DNA of 64,000 bases from Ascidiella aspersa. Lineage: Eukaryota. The notes under the pieces are model-generated. The model was given only the letters and a program-made list of their open reading frames with translations, did not search any database and was not told where the DNA came from. Location of the stretch: the NCBI GenBank assembly GCA_963924565.1, contig OZ004608.1:37324001-37388000 (forward strand), given 5' to 3'. Position 1 is the first letter of the stretch; the number at the start of each line of letters is the position of its first letter. Positions 14,305 through 26,285 of this stretch are shown here, piece by piece. Made by a program: the position numbers and the translations under genes.

Positions 14305-16158
14305 GTGATCTACAAAGAACAACTTGTATCCATAAACGATTTGTACAAACAAAAATCATTTAAACATGTTTTTGGTATTTTGTGTTTGTAACGTTGTTGT
14401 ATCATTGTTGTTAGCGGCTGCGGAGTCGGTTGAAACTAACCCCAATAGAACTCCGACCCAAAAATTAACCGACTCCAACTCCGGTCAAACTAATTTACCA
14501 AAGTCCCGATTCCTATTCTGGCCAAATATGCGATCGTCGAGTCCCGAGTCCGGCTCCGACTATATCCTGTATTTCAACCCTTTAAGTAACCAAAATCGTT
14601 ATAATTTACATTTTGCGGCCTTATTAGTTTCGAAATTTCCGTCGGACTTGGGACTCGGGTAGTTTTATGTAGTCTTACTCGGGTCCCGAGTCCAACGAAT
14701 TAACCGACTCTGTCGAGTCCAGAGTCTGGCTCTGACTATATCCTGTATTTTACTACTTTACGAAACCAAAATAAGGTGGATATTCAGCAATCCACTCGTA
14801 AGGGTGTCAACTATCTCACCGACCCTAATATAAGAATGGAAAGGTTTAATGTCCTATTCCACCTTTGCAACAGTTTGTTACCCAATTAGTTTAGAGAAAA
14901 TAGTCACGCCTATCATATTCCTCAAAAGCGACCGGCGGGAGAATAGCTTTTTTAGAGGCAATTTAAAAACAAGTCGTTCTGAAAATAACTTAAGTCCGAG
15001 TCAAGCCTCTTGCAGAAAATAACAAGTCCCAGTCCAAGTCATAATTAGAGCTTACAAGTCCACTCCCCTTATTTTATGCGCAAAATTTCAGGTTAATATT
15101 CCAATTTTATCAATAAATATTTAATAAAATTACCTATTTTTAACCCAAGTTATTTGACACAATGACTTATTCCAAGAGGTAAGTCAAGTCACTTAAACTA
15201 CTTAAGTCAAGTCGAATCATTTGAAAACAGTGACTTAAGTTCAAGTCATTTAAGTCATTGCAACACTGTAAACTAAGTGATGCGAATGCATTAATTACTG
15301 GAATAAGTTGACTTCAGCTTACAAACGAAACCGTTGTAAATATTTTACATTAAACTGTTGCTTTTAAGCATAAGGTGCATTTACTCCAAGTGGAGACCGG
15401 TTTAAAACTTCGAAACGTGAGAATAATATAATTTCAGATAAGTTATTTTTCGATAAATTTCATGTACGACTCTCTTAGAAACATAAAACTAGCAGCAAAT
15501 TGAGAAACATAACACTAGCCGGAAAATTAATGCATATTTTCGCCAACCTTGACGTTTTAGTTTTTCTGTGTTTGTTTTTACCAAAGCTTGTAGTTATATT
15601 AAACGATTACAAAAAGCGTTTTAAAATTATTTGCGCTACATTTAAGCTTTTGTGCATTTATAAAAACTAGGTTTCACATTTAATCAGTTTGTTCAGGATT
15701 TGTGTTTCCTAAGAATAAACAATTGACCAATTTTACTTTTTTGTGCTTGAAACCCAATTTGAACAAGTTACTCTATCAGTGATTTAGGTTGAATCTAGTT
15801 AAAGAGTCACCAAACCAAGGCCCGTTGGGCAAAATCCATCCCACAGAGTTAGTTTTACCGTCCCGCCAATATCATGTACAGTTGGAATGGTGTCCGATGC
15901 AATTCAAAACCAAATTTTGATCAAATTTATAAATGAACGACGTTTACTAAAGCTCACATCAATTTTGGTTACAATCAAACATTTTTCTTACCGAAAGTTA
16001 ATAAAGTTTGAAAGTAAATGTATATTCGGCCCGAAATCGCCAATCCATAAAGTTTTCCGGCCCATTATAAAAAAGGTGGCCGACAACCTGATCTAGGATA
16101 GCATTTAATACATAAAATACACAACAAAAAATGCGCGGCGTAACACGATGCCAGTGAG

Positions 16159-16328
16159 ACGGTTTGAGGGAATGCTGTAATGGCAAAACAAAATCCAGAC
16201 CAAATGTTGTAGTATGAGCGGATATTTGATATTGAGAGAAAGAAACGGTTTGAGGGAATGCTGTAATGGCAAAACAAAATCCAGACGAAATGTTGTAGTA
16301 TGAGGGGATATTTGATATTGCGAGAAAG
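16159..16328. repeat. 86-bp direct duplication upstream of Kelch copy C
   Basis: ACGGTTTGAGGGAATGCTGTAATGGCAAAACAAAATCCAGAC at 16159 and 16245. Confidence 0.85.
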
Positions 16329-16509
16329 GAGCCTCACCCTACGGACAACGATCGGCTGTTATTGTACGCGACAATGAAATAGCATTTTGGAAAAAGGAAC
16401 TAAAGTACCTGTCAGTTGGACTTGGTAGAGCAGCTTTATAAGGCCGTTTAGCAGCGGGAGCCTAAAGGAAGCTATTTAGTGTTTGAAATGTAGTTCAAAA
16501 ACGTTTGTA

Positions 16510-16565
16510 ATGTCAAGAAAATTTGATTCTGGTTATATCGGTGACCTTATGATAAAGCTCAACAT
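16510..16565 (+). other. Second intact first exon of Kelch copy C (MSRKFDSGYIGDLMIKLN), possible alternative start
   Basis: ATG, 56 nt and GTGAGT donor, same phase as the exon at 16710-16765. Confidence 0.65.
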
Positions 16566-19500
16566 GTGAGTAGCGTTGCAACTAGTATATTGTAAACCTT
16601 TAATCGCTAACTTTTTGTTAAAGATTAAGCAGCCGAGTTTTTGTAAATGGTCTATTCTAGATAATCCTCTAATTATATTATTTATAAGTTTGAGAACGAA
16701 AGCATAAAAATGGAAAGGGACTTTGATTCTGGTCATATTAGCGACCTAATGAAAAAGCTTAACATGTAAGTAACTTTGCAACTAGTACATCGTGAAAAAT
16801 CTTTAGAAATATGCAAGTTTGGCTTTCTCTTTAGACAAAGGCAAAATGGCGACGAAACTTGTGACATTCGATTGAAATGTGATGGAAAGGATTTTTACGC
16901 GCATAAAAGTTTTCTTGCAAATTTATCAGAATACTTCAACAGACTATTCTTCACTGAGGTAAATTTTCCAAAATATTTAACTGATGTTTTACAATTGTTA
17001 AGCTGCTTAATTTTCAAATTTAGATGCAAGAAAAGTATCAAGATGTGATTGAAATTACTGCGGTAAACTCCGCTACATTTGAGCAAATATTGAATTTCGC
17101 CTACACTGGAAAAATTACAATAAACCGTGAAAATGTGGATGATGTACTGAATGCAGCAAACTATTTTTTACTGAAAGGTTAGTCAATATAAACAAATTAA
17201 TTAAAACACTTTCTTACAACTTGTCCATAATTGAACCACATTTAATTAAATTAAGTATTATCTGCATTTAATTGGTTAATTATTTTTATTAGCAATAAAT
17301 GTTCAGCCTATCTAAAAAGCATATATTTGCTTGCATTACATAATAAAATTATGATTACCAATATTATTGCCTTGTTCCTGGAAAGATTTACTCAATTTTT
17401 GTTGCACATTTCTTCTGGAAACATTGGACTGCAACAACGCCGTGCAATATTGGAAAACTTGAAAACGATTATGCATTGCGACATTGGAAAAAACAGCCCA
17501 ACTATTTATCACCGATAACTTTGCCAAGTTAACTGATGTTAAGACTATTAATACAATGGATAGAACAACATTTGAGGAATTTCTACGAGCTAAATCAAAG
17601 GATGTAAATATGTTTTTTAAGTTAGTTTTAATAACTAGTAAGATAACAAACTACTCCCCAAATTTTAGAGAGAAGGAGAAAAAAGAGCTTTTCAGATGAC
17701 AGTAGGCTGGGTCGAACATGATTTGGAAGAGAGAAAGTTATTATTTCCACAACTTTTTGAAATGATCAACTTGAACCTTATAGATTTCGAGTATTTTTGC
17801 TTCAACTTGGCTTGCGAGGTAATTTGATACGAATTATGTAAAGTATGTGGCCAACAACAAAAATCGATTTAATTTAAAAATTGAGAGTTCAGTAGAAGAC
17901 TTAAATTTTTACAGAGTCTGGTTCAGTCGTTTCAGGAATGTCTACTTCGATTGGCAAACCACATGAAGCATTTACACGGACCTCGTAAGTAGCTTAGGTT
18001 ACTTTAATATCCCCATAGCTTGCGGCTGAATTAGTTAATAATTTTTCTAATATTCTAATTCAATAATATCAAGATGAATTTTATATAGTTAATGTTAATA
18101 ATATCTGACAAATAAAACCTTTCAAATAGGTCCAGAATGGAGCATTTTGATCATGAATGAAAATTCAACCATCCTAAAAATGTTGGACGTAAAAGCAAAA
18201 GTTGAAAAAGAAATGGCGGTAAGTTAAATTTTGCAGTTTTATTTGACTTTTCCTGTCTATGTGTTATTGTTTTGTAGATACTAAATGAGCCACGAAGACA
18301 AGCCGGCCTTGCAATGTACAAGAACTACTTATATATGATCGGTGGTTCTAGCGATGAGGAAAACAGAACTAACTCAGTGCTCAGACTGGATGTAAGATCA
18401 CCAAATAAGGGTTGGGAGAAACAACCTTCTAATATAGATAAACAGCGAAATGATGGAGTGGCTGTTCTTAACGGTAAATAATGATCATCGCTTATAATCT
18501 TCTCAGATTAAAACAAAGAATCAAAGTAAAATAAATGACCCAATTATGACAATAGAGTAGGGTATTTACTTCGAAACATGTACAGTAGATATATAAGAGA
18601 ATGAGCACTTTCTATATGTTTAATCAGGGGTGGTCGACCTGCGGTCCGCAGAACGCAAATAGCATATGGGCCCTCTGTAAAGCTTTAGTTTATTCTTACG
18701 ATCACAGCCGTTTAAATAACTTATGTTTATCGCTCATTCATTTTGTCAAGCTTATATCTTTAGTTTTACCGAGAATTTTGGCACTAATTCTTTTTGATAT
18801 GTTGTCCCAGACTATAAAATTCCATTAGTTCATTGCAACTCCCATGGCTTTAAAATTAATATTTGTTTAACGAACATGGATGGAAATTTTTCTAAACTAT
18901 AGAGTATAAGATTAACCTCATTGATTGACTGATAAACGCCTAGAGAATAAACTTTATTTTGTCAATAGTTTTGCTGAATCGGTCGATAAGAAATGCATTT
19001 GTAAAAGGTCGCACCAACCTGTGTTAAATAAACAAACCTTAACATTACAAATTCGATTAATTTCTAGCATTTTGGATTCCGGTGCGAAGCCATTATTTAC
19101 TTAACGGGAGCGATACACGAAAAACGCACAGCACAAAAAAATGCCACACTCTGTGTAAAGTTTTTCAATGGCAAGTTTTATAAATCAACCATAAGCTTAG
19201 CACAGAATTATCTTAAAAAAATTGTTTTTAACTTATCAGAAAAAGCTATTCAATGTTTTATTCAGAGAATCGAAAATAAAAACAAGTGGATTGACCAACT
19301 TTTTCTCTGTAGATGCAGAGTTGTTTGTGTTCGGTGGTTATTCACAGGACGATGAAAGTTGGACCTGGGTGACACCCTTTAAACTCAAACCTAACGAAGA
19401 GGGAAGTGAATGGATAAGAATGAAAAATTGTACAAAGGGCTCCGTTGACCTTGTCGCCTGCAAAGGTAAACAATGCTGTTGGTGTTTTGTGGCTTGACAT

Positions 19501-20183
19501 TTTTCGAACAAGTGATGACCGACGTTTATGAAAACTAGCAAATCTAGATTCCTTCTTTTTCCCGATTTTAATATTTTTGCCTGACTAAACCCAATTTCAA
19601 TCACTTCCATACACGATTTAGCAAAATGTTGTTCTCGTATATGGATTTAATTTTTTCTCAATGCTGGATCCAGGGTTGAACCACTTAGATTTTAACATTA
19701 AATGCGAAGGGATGAAAACTTAGTGCTAAATCTCCTGAACATTTTTGTTTGTGCTGGATTTGTAATATGCATTCTTGATGATATATCCACGTCAAAATAA
19801 CCATTTTGCTTGTTTGTACCTTTAAACAACCTTAACATGTAGAACGCCAGATTAACAAGGTTTACCAATTGCCTGATTTTGTTCTAACTGTGAAATAGAG
19901 GCGATAATATTTGAGTCTATTAAGCTTTGTTCTTATTATATTCAACACATTTTTAGACATGTTATACGCTCTGCATTATAACAAGCTAACATGTCAAAAG
20001 TACGATCCCGCTACTGAAACATCAACATTGATGCATCAATTACCAAAGGGTTGTATTAAGCTTGTGGCAATGGAGGATCAGTTGTACGTGGTTTGTAAGG
20101 GTGAGTTTGTGTTTTCTACATGTATTACTCTCGAAGACAAAGCTCGGTATGTACATCACTACGATTAAGCCATACCCCGTTTA

Positions 20184-21027
20184 CAGGGCAGGATTAAGGG
20201 TACTCTGTTTACTTGAGAAGGGCCTAATTTACCAGAGAAGGGCATAATTACCATAACTTCCATCAGCCTAGAGCCCCTAGAAACACTAACTCAGTATTTC
20301 TTAATGGCCAGTCCGCGTCAACTATCCTGCCGGTCCGCCAAATATATTACATTTTTTTATCTCAATGGCAAAACGCGAGATGGTAAAAGCTTGACTTTAT
20401 CTGTTTATACGTCACAATGCTGCCAGTGTTCTGCCCAACTGTTTAAAATTAGGCCACAACTCGTTTCAGTCTTGAACTTTAAGACCAGTTGTATGTAAAA
20501 ACTTCAAACCACGTATAACACGTATGATATCAAAAAGACAGCAGCAAATTGCTCATTAAATTAAAGTTTTAAATATTTGCTTTAAAGTTGCACACTTTTG
20601 TCGTAATTACATTTTGGGTTGATTTTGACTTTTGAAGATTCACCGGGCCGCAAAACTTGTTTTGAAATTTTACCGGACCGTACAAGCTCAAAAGGTTGAG
20701 AACCACTGCTCTAACTAACCTGGCAACTAATATACAAATACGATTGTCATTCTAACTAGGCTAGCAAAGACATAACATAAGTCAATCAAGATCAAGTATG
20801 CTTTCTGGAAAACAAAGAATGACAACAATTATAATTCAATTATGATGCAACAATGTGACACGTCGCCAAACCTAGTTCGCAGAAATTGCTTAATAATGGT
20901 GACAATAGACGCCAGTCACGCAGCAACTCTATTGAGTTCCAACTATTGAACAAAAAACTAACTGAGGGCCGAATTTGCCAGGGCCTAATGCTATAGGCTT
21001 ATTAGCCTAATGATTAATCCGGCCCTG
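20184..21027. mobile_element. hAT-type non-autonomous element in intron 10 of copy C
   Basis: TIR CAGGGCAGGATTAA / TTAATCCGGCCCTG. TSD CCCGTTTA/CTCGTTTA. Empty site CCCCGTTTAGATTTCC visible in copy A at about 2736. Confidence 0.9.
20292..20708. mobile_element. Charlie-like MITE nested in the 20184-21027 element
   Basis: Ends CAGTATTTCTTAA...GGTTGAGAACCACTG. TSD CACTAACT/CTCTAACT. Confidence 0.75.
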
Positions 21028-23544
21028 CTCGTTTAGATTTCCTAAGTTTCTTAAACAAGTCGTACAACATAAAACTGTAAATAAAATATCTTACTATTTT
21101 ACTACGCAACAAGCAGAAACACAAATGTTTGTAATCACAATCTTATTTAATTAAAACTCTATTTTTTTCCGCTTACGTATCTTGGTGAAAATTTAAGTTG
21201 TTTGTTTTGCAATATTTAATTATTTAACTTTGTAGAGGTCACCAAGTTGACCTTGAAGAAGTACGAACCAGAGAGCGGTGATTCGAGTGACGTCACTGAA
21301 AAAGATGACGTAGAAGAATTTCGTGACGCTTGCATAGCTCATGGGGAGTTCGTGGTATCATATGAAAGGTGAAAAACTTCGTGATTATAGAGTTAAACAA
21401 TGTGTTGCATGTTTGTTTATTAAGTGGTTTACCTCTACTGTTTTTTTGCTACTTCGGTCAATACTAATTCATAAACTACAAATTTAAAAAGAGTAATTGC
21501 TAAACTGTGCAACGTTCACTTACTATAGGGTCGGAACCTACTGTCATGGAGTTCGACCATTGTGCTAATTTCAAACCCTGTGTTCTGTTTTTGCACTCTA
21601 AGCCTTCAAAAGAGCTGTATTCAGTCTTACTGCTCTCTTTGAAAATATAACCGAGTATAAACTGCGGTCAATTAATACATTTGTAACACCAAGATGATAA
21701 CATAATTTGCATACAAATGTCCCAAACTTAAACATTGTAACGCTAATAATATCGTTTGCCATTAATGCCAAAATTTAACCGTTTATTCTAATGTCGAAAA
21801 TACTCAAAAAAAACGTATACTTTACTAGTTGGGATTACAGAAGCATTGTAATGATTATTCATCTTGTGTTCGCTTATATTTTTGACGCTTCTTTACCTAA
21901 TATTTTCATCTTTTCACGCAGTCTTCAGATGGTGAAGGTGTATTCATACAACTTTGAGAAGAAGGAATGGAGGTTTATTGCTGAGAGTAGCGACCTTTCA
22001 AACTACTGGAATCTAATTCCGCTTCTTTCTAATCCGTTCGACTATTAAGTAATCTATACATAGACGGCCTTGTATCTATAAACCATTTGTATATATAGAT
22101 CACTTGAAGATATTTTGCTTTTGCATTTTGTATTTTTTATAATGTATATAGCGTTATTGTATCTTTGTTGTAAACAGGGCGGCTGCGGGATCGATGCAAA
22201 TAACCCGTGTCCAACTCCGACCAAAAAATTAACCCGAGTCCCGAGTCCGGCTCCGACTATTTCCTGTATTTAACTACTTTACGGAACCAAAATAAGGTGG
22301 ATATTTAGCAATCCACTCATAAGGTTGTCACCTATCTCATCCACCTTAAATATAAGAATGGAAAAGTTTAATGTGCTGTTCCACCTTTAAAATTTACAGT
22401 TTGCGGCCTTATTAGTTTCGAAATTCTGCACTGCGCATGCGCACTTAGGGACTCGGGTAGTCTTAAGTAGTCTTACTCGATTCCCGAGTTGGACTCGAGT
22501 GAAACAAACCGACTCTGCCGACTCCCGAGTCTGACTTCGACTCCGCATCCGTTTGTAAATAGCCACACTGTATTGCATACAAAAGTCGATAAGCTTTATA
22601 AATGCAAAACTAACAAACGCGTTCACAATTTTGTTCTTAACTTTTTCAAAAACCTAGTTCTATAGGATCGATTCGAAGTCTAGAATATTTAAAACCAACA
22701 AGATATTTTTATTTAAAAGAAAATGAATGTTAAGGTCATAGTATTCAATTGTTATATACTCTACTTTAAACTAAATATTGTTTTCAAGAAGCAACTGTGT
22801 TGTGTAATCTAGCGCTATCGTTCGTTTTTTCGAATGCTTTTCTTTCTAGTTTTTCTCACCCTATATTGGAATATTCATTTGTTTGCTTTCTCGACATGTT
22901 TTTTTGTTATATGCATTTACCAATTATAGATCAGTAAGCGCTTGTCAAACATTTTGTCTTATTCGCAAATCCTAGTGATATGTTTATATAAAAGTGGAAT
23001 GCTATCACATAAATGCTTTACAAATGTTAAAACAATTATATTAACTAGGTAATAACATCTAATGAAACCAGCACCAAGCAAAATTTTAATAGGAAAACTA
23101 TGTATATTGCGTTTAGAACTTATTTAAAACTTACATCAAAATAAACGTTGATAGAATCATCCGTAAATACCATGGACACACTAATGCGTTACACACTAAC
23201 ATTTTATGCCAGTCGCTATAAACATGCAATATATGCGCGTTACAAGTGTCTAGAATGGCTTGAAATGCAGTCGAGTGAAGATGTTTCGGAGAAAGTGCTT
23301 TTATCCCTAAACGAAACCAGCTGATGTTGTTGACTATTTTACTTACAATTTGCAGGCTATTAATCGTTGAAAAACAGTGACAAAATATGGGTAAATCCTT
23401 TGTTTTGTCATAGATGAACGATTGAACAAGTTGATTGATTATTGTTGAGTATGTTATTTGCATCAACATTGGCGCCATAACGCTGTGATATAAGAAATAC
23501 TAGGAATGCAGAATCCAGGTGTGTTGCTAGAGGTCAAGCCGACT

Positions 23545-24030
23545 CCAGCCATAAGATCGAAATAAGAACAACATTAACATCGGAATAAAACATAGTTCGG
23601 AATAAGATCAAAATAGGGTCGATACCTAGTAGTCGTAATACTGTCTAAATCAGAATTGGTCCTAAATCCATCGGAAAAAATCCTAAATGGCCAGAACAAG
23701 GCCTATACCACATTTTGCCTAATCTCAAGCCCATCCCTAAGTACATGACCAACTCTCCTAATAATTTTAACCCCAACCAAATTTTTAACCCCTACCATTA
23801 ACCCCACTAACCCTAAACTGTAGCAAACAATCCGGTGCCGAACTAGGGAATCCAAACGTCTACAACCAAATGGCCGATTCCAGACCGTCAGCCCTCGATC
23901 GTCCCATACCTCTACCTACCGTTTGCCTAAATGGCGTTATTTTGGCCATTTAGGCCTTATTTCGATGAATTTAGGTCTTATTCCAACAGATTTAGGTCTT
24001 AGTCAGACGATTTAGGTCTTATTCTGCCGT
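23545..24030. repeat. Interspersed repeat with AATAAGGCCTAAAT-type subrepeats and a CCCTAA-rich core; inverted copy at about 42895-43210
   Basis: AAAACATAGTTCGGAATAAGATCAAAATAGG (about 23587) is close to the reverse complement of CCTATTTTGGCCTTATTCCGAACTGTGTTTT (about 43178). Confidence 0.65.
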
Positions 24031-25128
24031 GGATATTACTATGCATTTGGCTTTATTATGGTATTATATGGAATTATAGATTATTCGGCTTTAGATTTTG
24101 TTGTCTTGTAGGATAACGCGGTCCACAACTACATGATAGCACTAAGCTATTTAAATATAACTTGCCGCCCACTAAAAATGACTCTGCGGCCCACAATTGC
24201 CGACCACTGAAGTACATGAAGAATTAAATTTATAACACCAAAGTAGTTTAATTGCACCGTTTCATTGTCAATATGACCACTATTATTTTCACAGTGGCCC
24301 AAGGCCAGCTATAATATGCTGTCTGTTTCTCTCAAAACCTGCAGAATTTGTAACACAAAATGACTTCATCGAAATAATCCAAACAACATCAAAAAATAAA
24401 TACATAAAAAAGTCAAACTTTTAACCTACGTGTCGAAACAGCTTCCCAGAGGACAAGTGTTTACAGGGTTAGAGCCTTGAGTTATAGGTCCTATTGTGTG
24501 TTCCCTGATCAAACATACAGCAACGCAAGTAGAGCGATGCAGCAATAACTCTAACATACAACACTGTATTACTGATTCAGTCGCATTTTCCACGTTATTA
24601 TAGGTCCGATCAAATAATTAGGCAGATGTTGTTTAAGGGCGTTGAAAGCGTTCACCTGAAATGATAAACCTGTCAAGTAGTTTATCAGCTTGGGATTCAA
24701 GACCAACATCGGGTACTAACTACAAATATTTATCCAACCAATATATCAATCTATGTGGTCAATAGTTCATGCTTTGCTATTATGGAATTTGCACTAAGAG
24801 CAAAGAATCCGTATAACGTCCGTACAAAATATGCGTCACCTTTGATTAAAGAAAGTACAGAAAAAGACATATTAAGTGCATGGTGATTGATCGGCTTTGC
24901 TTTACATGACGATGCTTTGGATACAAATAGTAAAGAGAAGTGATGCACGGAAATGTGGAGGTGCGATTTCGTGACGTCACGCTCTGACAACGCTATGGAG
25001 TTTTTAAAAGAGGAACTAAATTAGCTGCCAGTTTGGCTGCTATTAAGCCGGTAAAAAGAACATACAGCAGCAGTAAGTGCGTATTAGTTTAAAATTATTG
25101 AAATAGTAGTTTTGAAAACTAAAGCACA

Positions 25129-25521
25129 ATGGAAAGGGATTTTGATTCTGGTCATGTAAGCGACCTAATGAAAAAGCTCAACATGTAAGTAGCCCTACAA
25201 CCAATACATTGTGATAGTTTGTATAAAATAAGCAAGTTTTCTATGTGCAAATTTGGCTGTCTCTACAGACTAAGGCAAAATGGCGACGAAACTTGTGACA
25301 TTCGATTGAAATGTGATGGAAAGGATTTTTACGCGCACAAAAGTATTCTTGCCAATTTGTCAGAATACTTTAACAGGCTTTTATTCTCTAAGGTGAATTC
25401 CTAAATATATTTTCCAGGGGTTTGAGAGATTTCAACTTATTGTTTTTCCTTTAGGTGCAATAGCGACCTTTCAAACTACTGGAATCTAATTCCGCTTCAC
25501 TCTAATCCGTTTGACTATTAA
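25129..25521 (+). pseudogene. Collapsed BTB-Kelch copy D: exons 1-2 intact, start of exon 3 fused to the tail of exon 12
   Basis: Exons 25129-25184 and 25269-25392, then TTTAG|GTGCAA followed directly by TAGCGACCTTTCAAACTACTGGAATC... (exon 12 sequence), giving an immediate TAG. Confidence 0.88.
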
Positions 25522-26106
25522 GAACACCCCATATCTATAAATCATTTGTACATATACAAAAAGCAAAAATAAAACTGTGAAAATTACAAACAAACTAATA
25601 TGAAACTATTTAAGCTAATTCATCTACAAAATTATACTAAACTATATTTGAAACAGATGATTGTTTATTTTTAGGCCTTGGTTAACCATAAAGTTGTGCC
25701 TCGCCATGTCTTCTGTATTGCTTTGATTAAGTGATGTTCCGCTTTGATACGTTTGTAAACAATCATGAAACTGTAGATAAAAAAATTTCAACGGTTTTTT
25801 GTCAAATATAATAACGTACAACCAGTTGTATGAAGGTTTTTTGTTTGGGGGTGATCATGAAATGTGAAGGTGAGTGTCATCTAATCGTGACGTAAATGAA
25901 GTAACCTTGTTACTTTCAATGCGAAACCTATATTATAAAAATTTTATCGATTCACCTTTAAATCGTTTAACTAAACTTTCATTTTTAAGGCAGCATAGAC
26001 ACAAAAGACGCCTTGGGGCTAAATCAATTATTCAAAATAGGCTTAGACATACTTGGAAGCAAAAAAGATAGCCCGAAAAAGTTTTGCATTTACGGGAGGG
26101 GGGAGG

Positions 26107-26285
26107 GTATGACCAAGACCGTGAGTTCTAACCTTACCACAGACTAGTTTTACAAACAGGATGCATCAGGCAACGGTGCTATGGTTGTTTCTCAATTTGA
26201 TCCTATCTGAGTCTGTGCAGCTCAGTTGGATAGGTGACGGTCCCGGTATGACCTAGGTCGTAAGTTCGAATCCCATCACAGGCTA
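26107..26285 (+). repeat. tRNA-derived repeat (SINE-like), about 1.5 units
   Basis: A-box-like CAGCTCAGTTGG and B-box GTTCGAATCC. Spacer CTAGTTTTACAAACAGGATGCA...GCTATGGTTGTTT shared with the copies at 59.2-59.45 kb. Confidence 0.75.

Larger units (their letters stand above)
16710..22048 (+). pseudogene. BTB-BACK-Kelch copy C: all 12 exons present, single in-frame TGA at 17460-17462 (recent pseudogene or null allele)
   Basis: Exons 16710-16765, 16835-16958, 17024-17177, 17386-17603, 17669-17818, 17915-17984, 18130-18218, 18278-18473, 19313/19319-19465, 19957-20100, 21236-21368, 21922-22048. TGG AAA ACT TGA where paralogs have GGA. Confidence 0.85.

Noticed and set aside
17460-17462. TGA as selenocysteine or an alternative genetic code
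   Set aside because: Paralogs have Gly (GGA), not Cys or Trp, at this site; no SECIS recognised; the other genes read normally in the standard code.
23760-23820. Telomere-like CCCTAA motifs (also about 43010-43080 and 46147-46160)
   Set aside because: Few and degenerate, internal to an interspersed repeat or an intron; not a telomeric array.
26212-26282. Possible genuine tRNA gene (also 59291-59360)
   Set aside because: No proper anticodon stem or 7-bp acceptor stem; divergent copies share a non-tRNA spacer.
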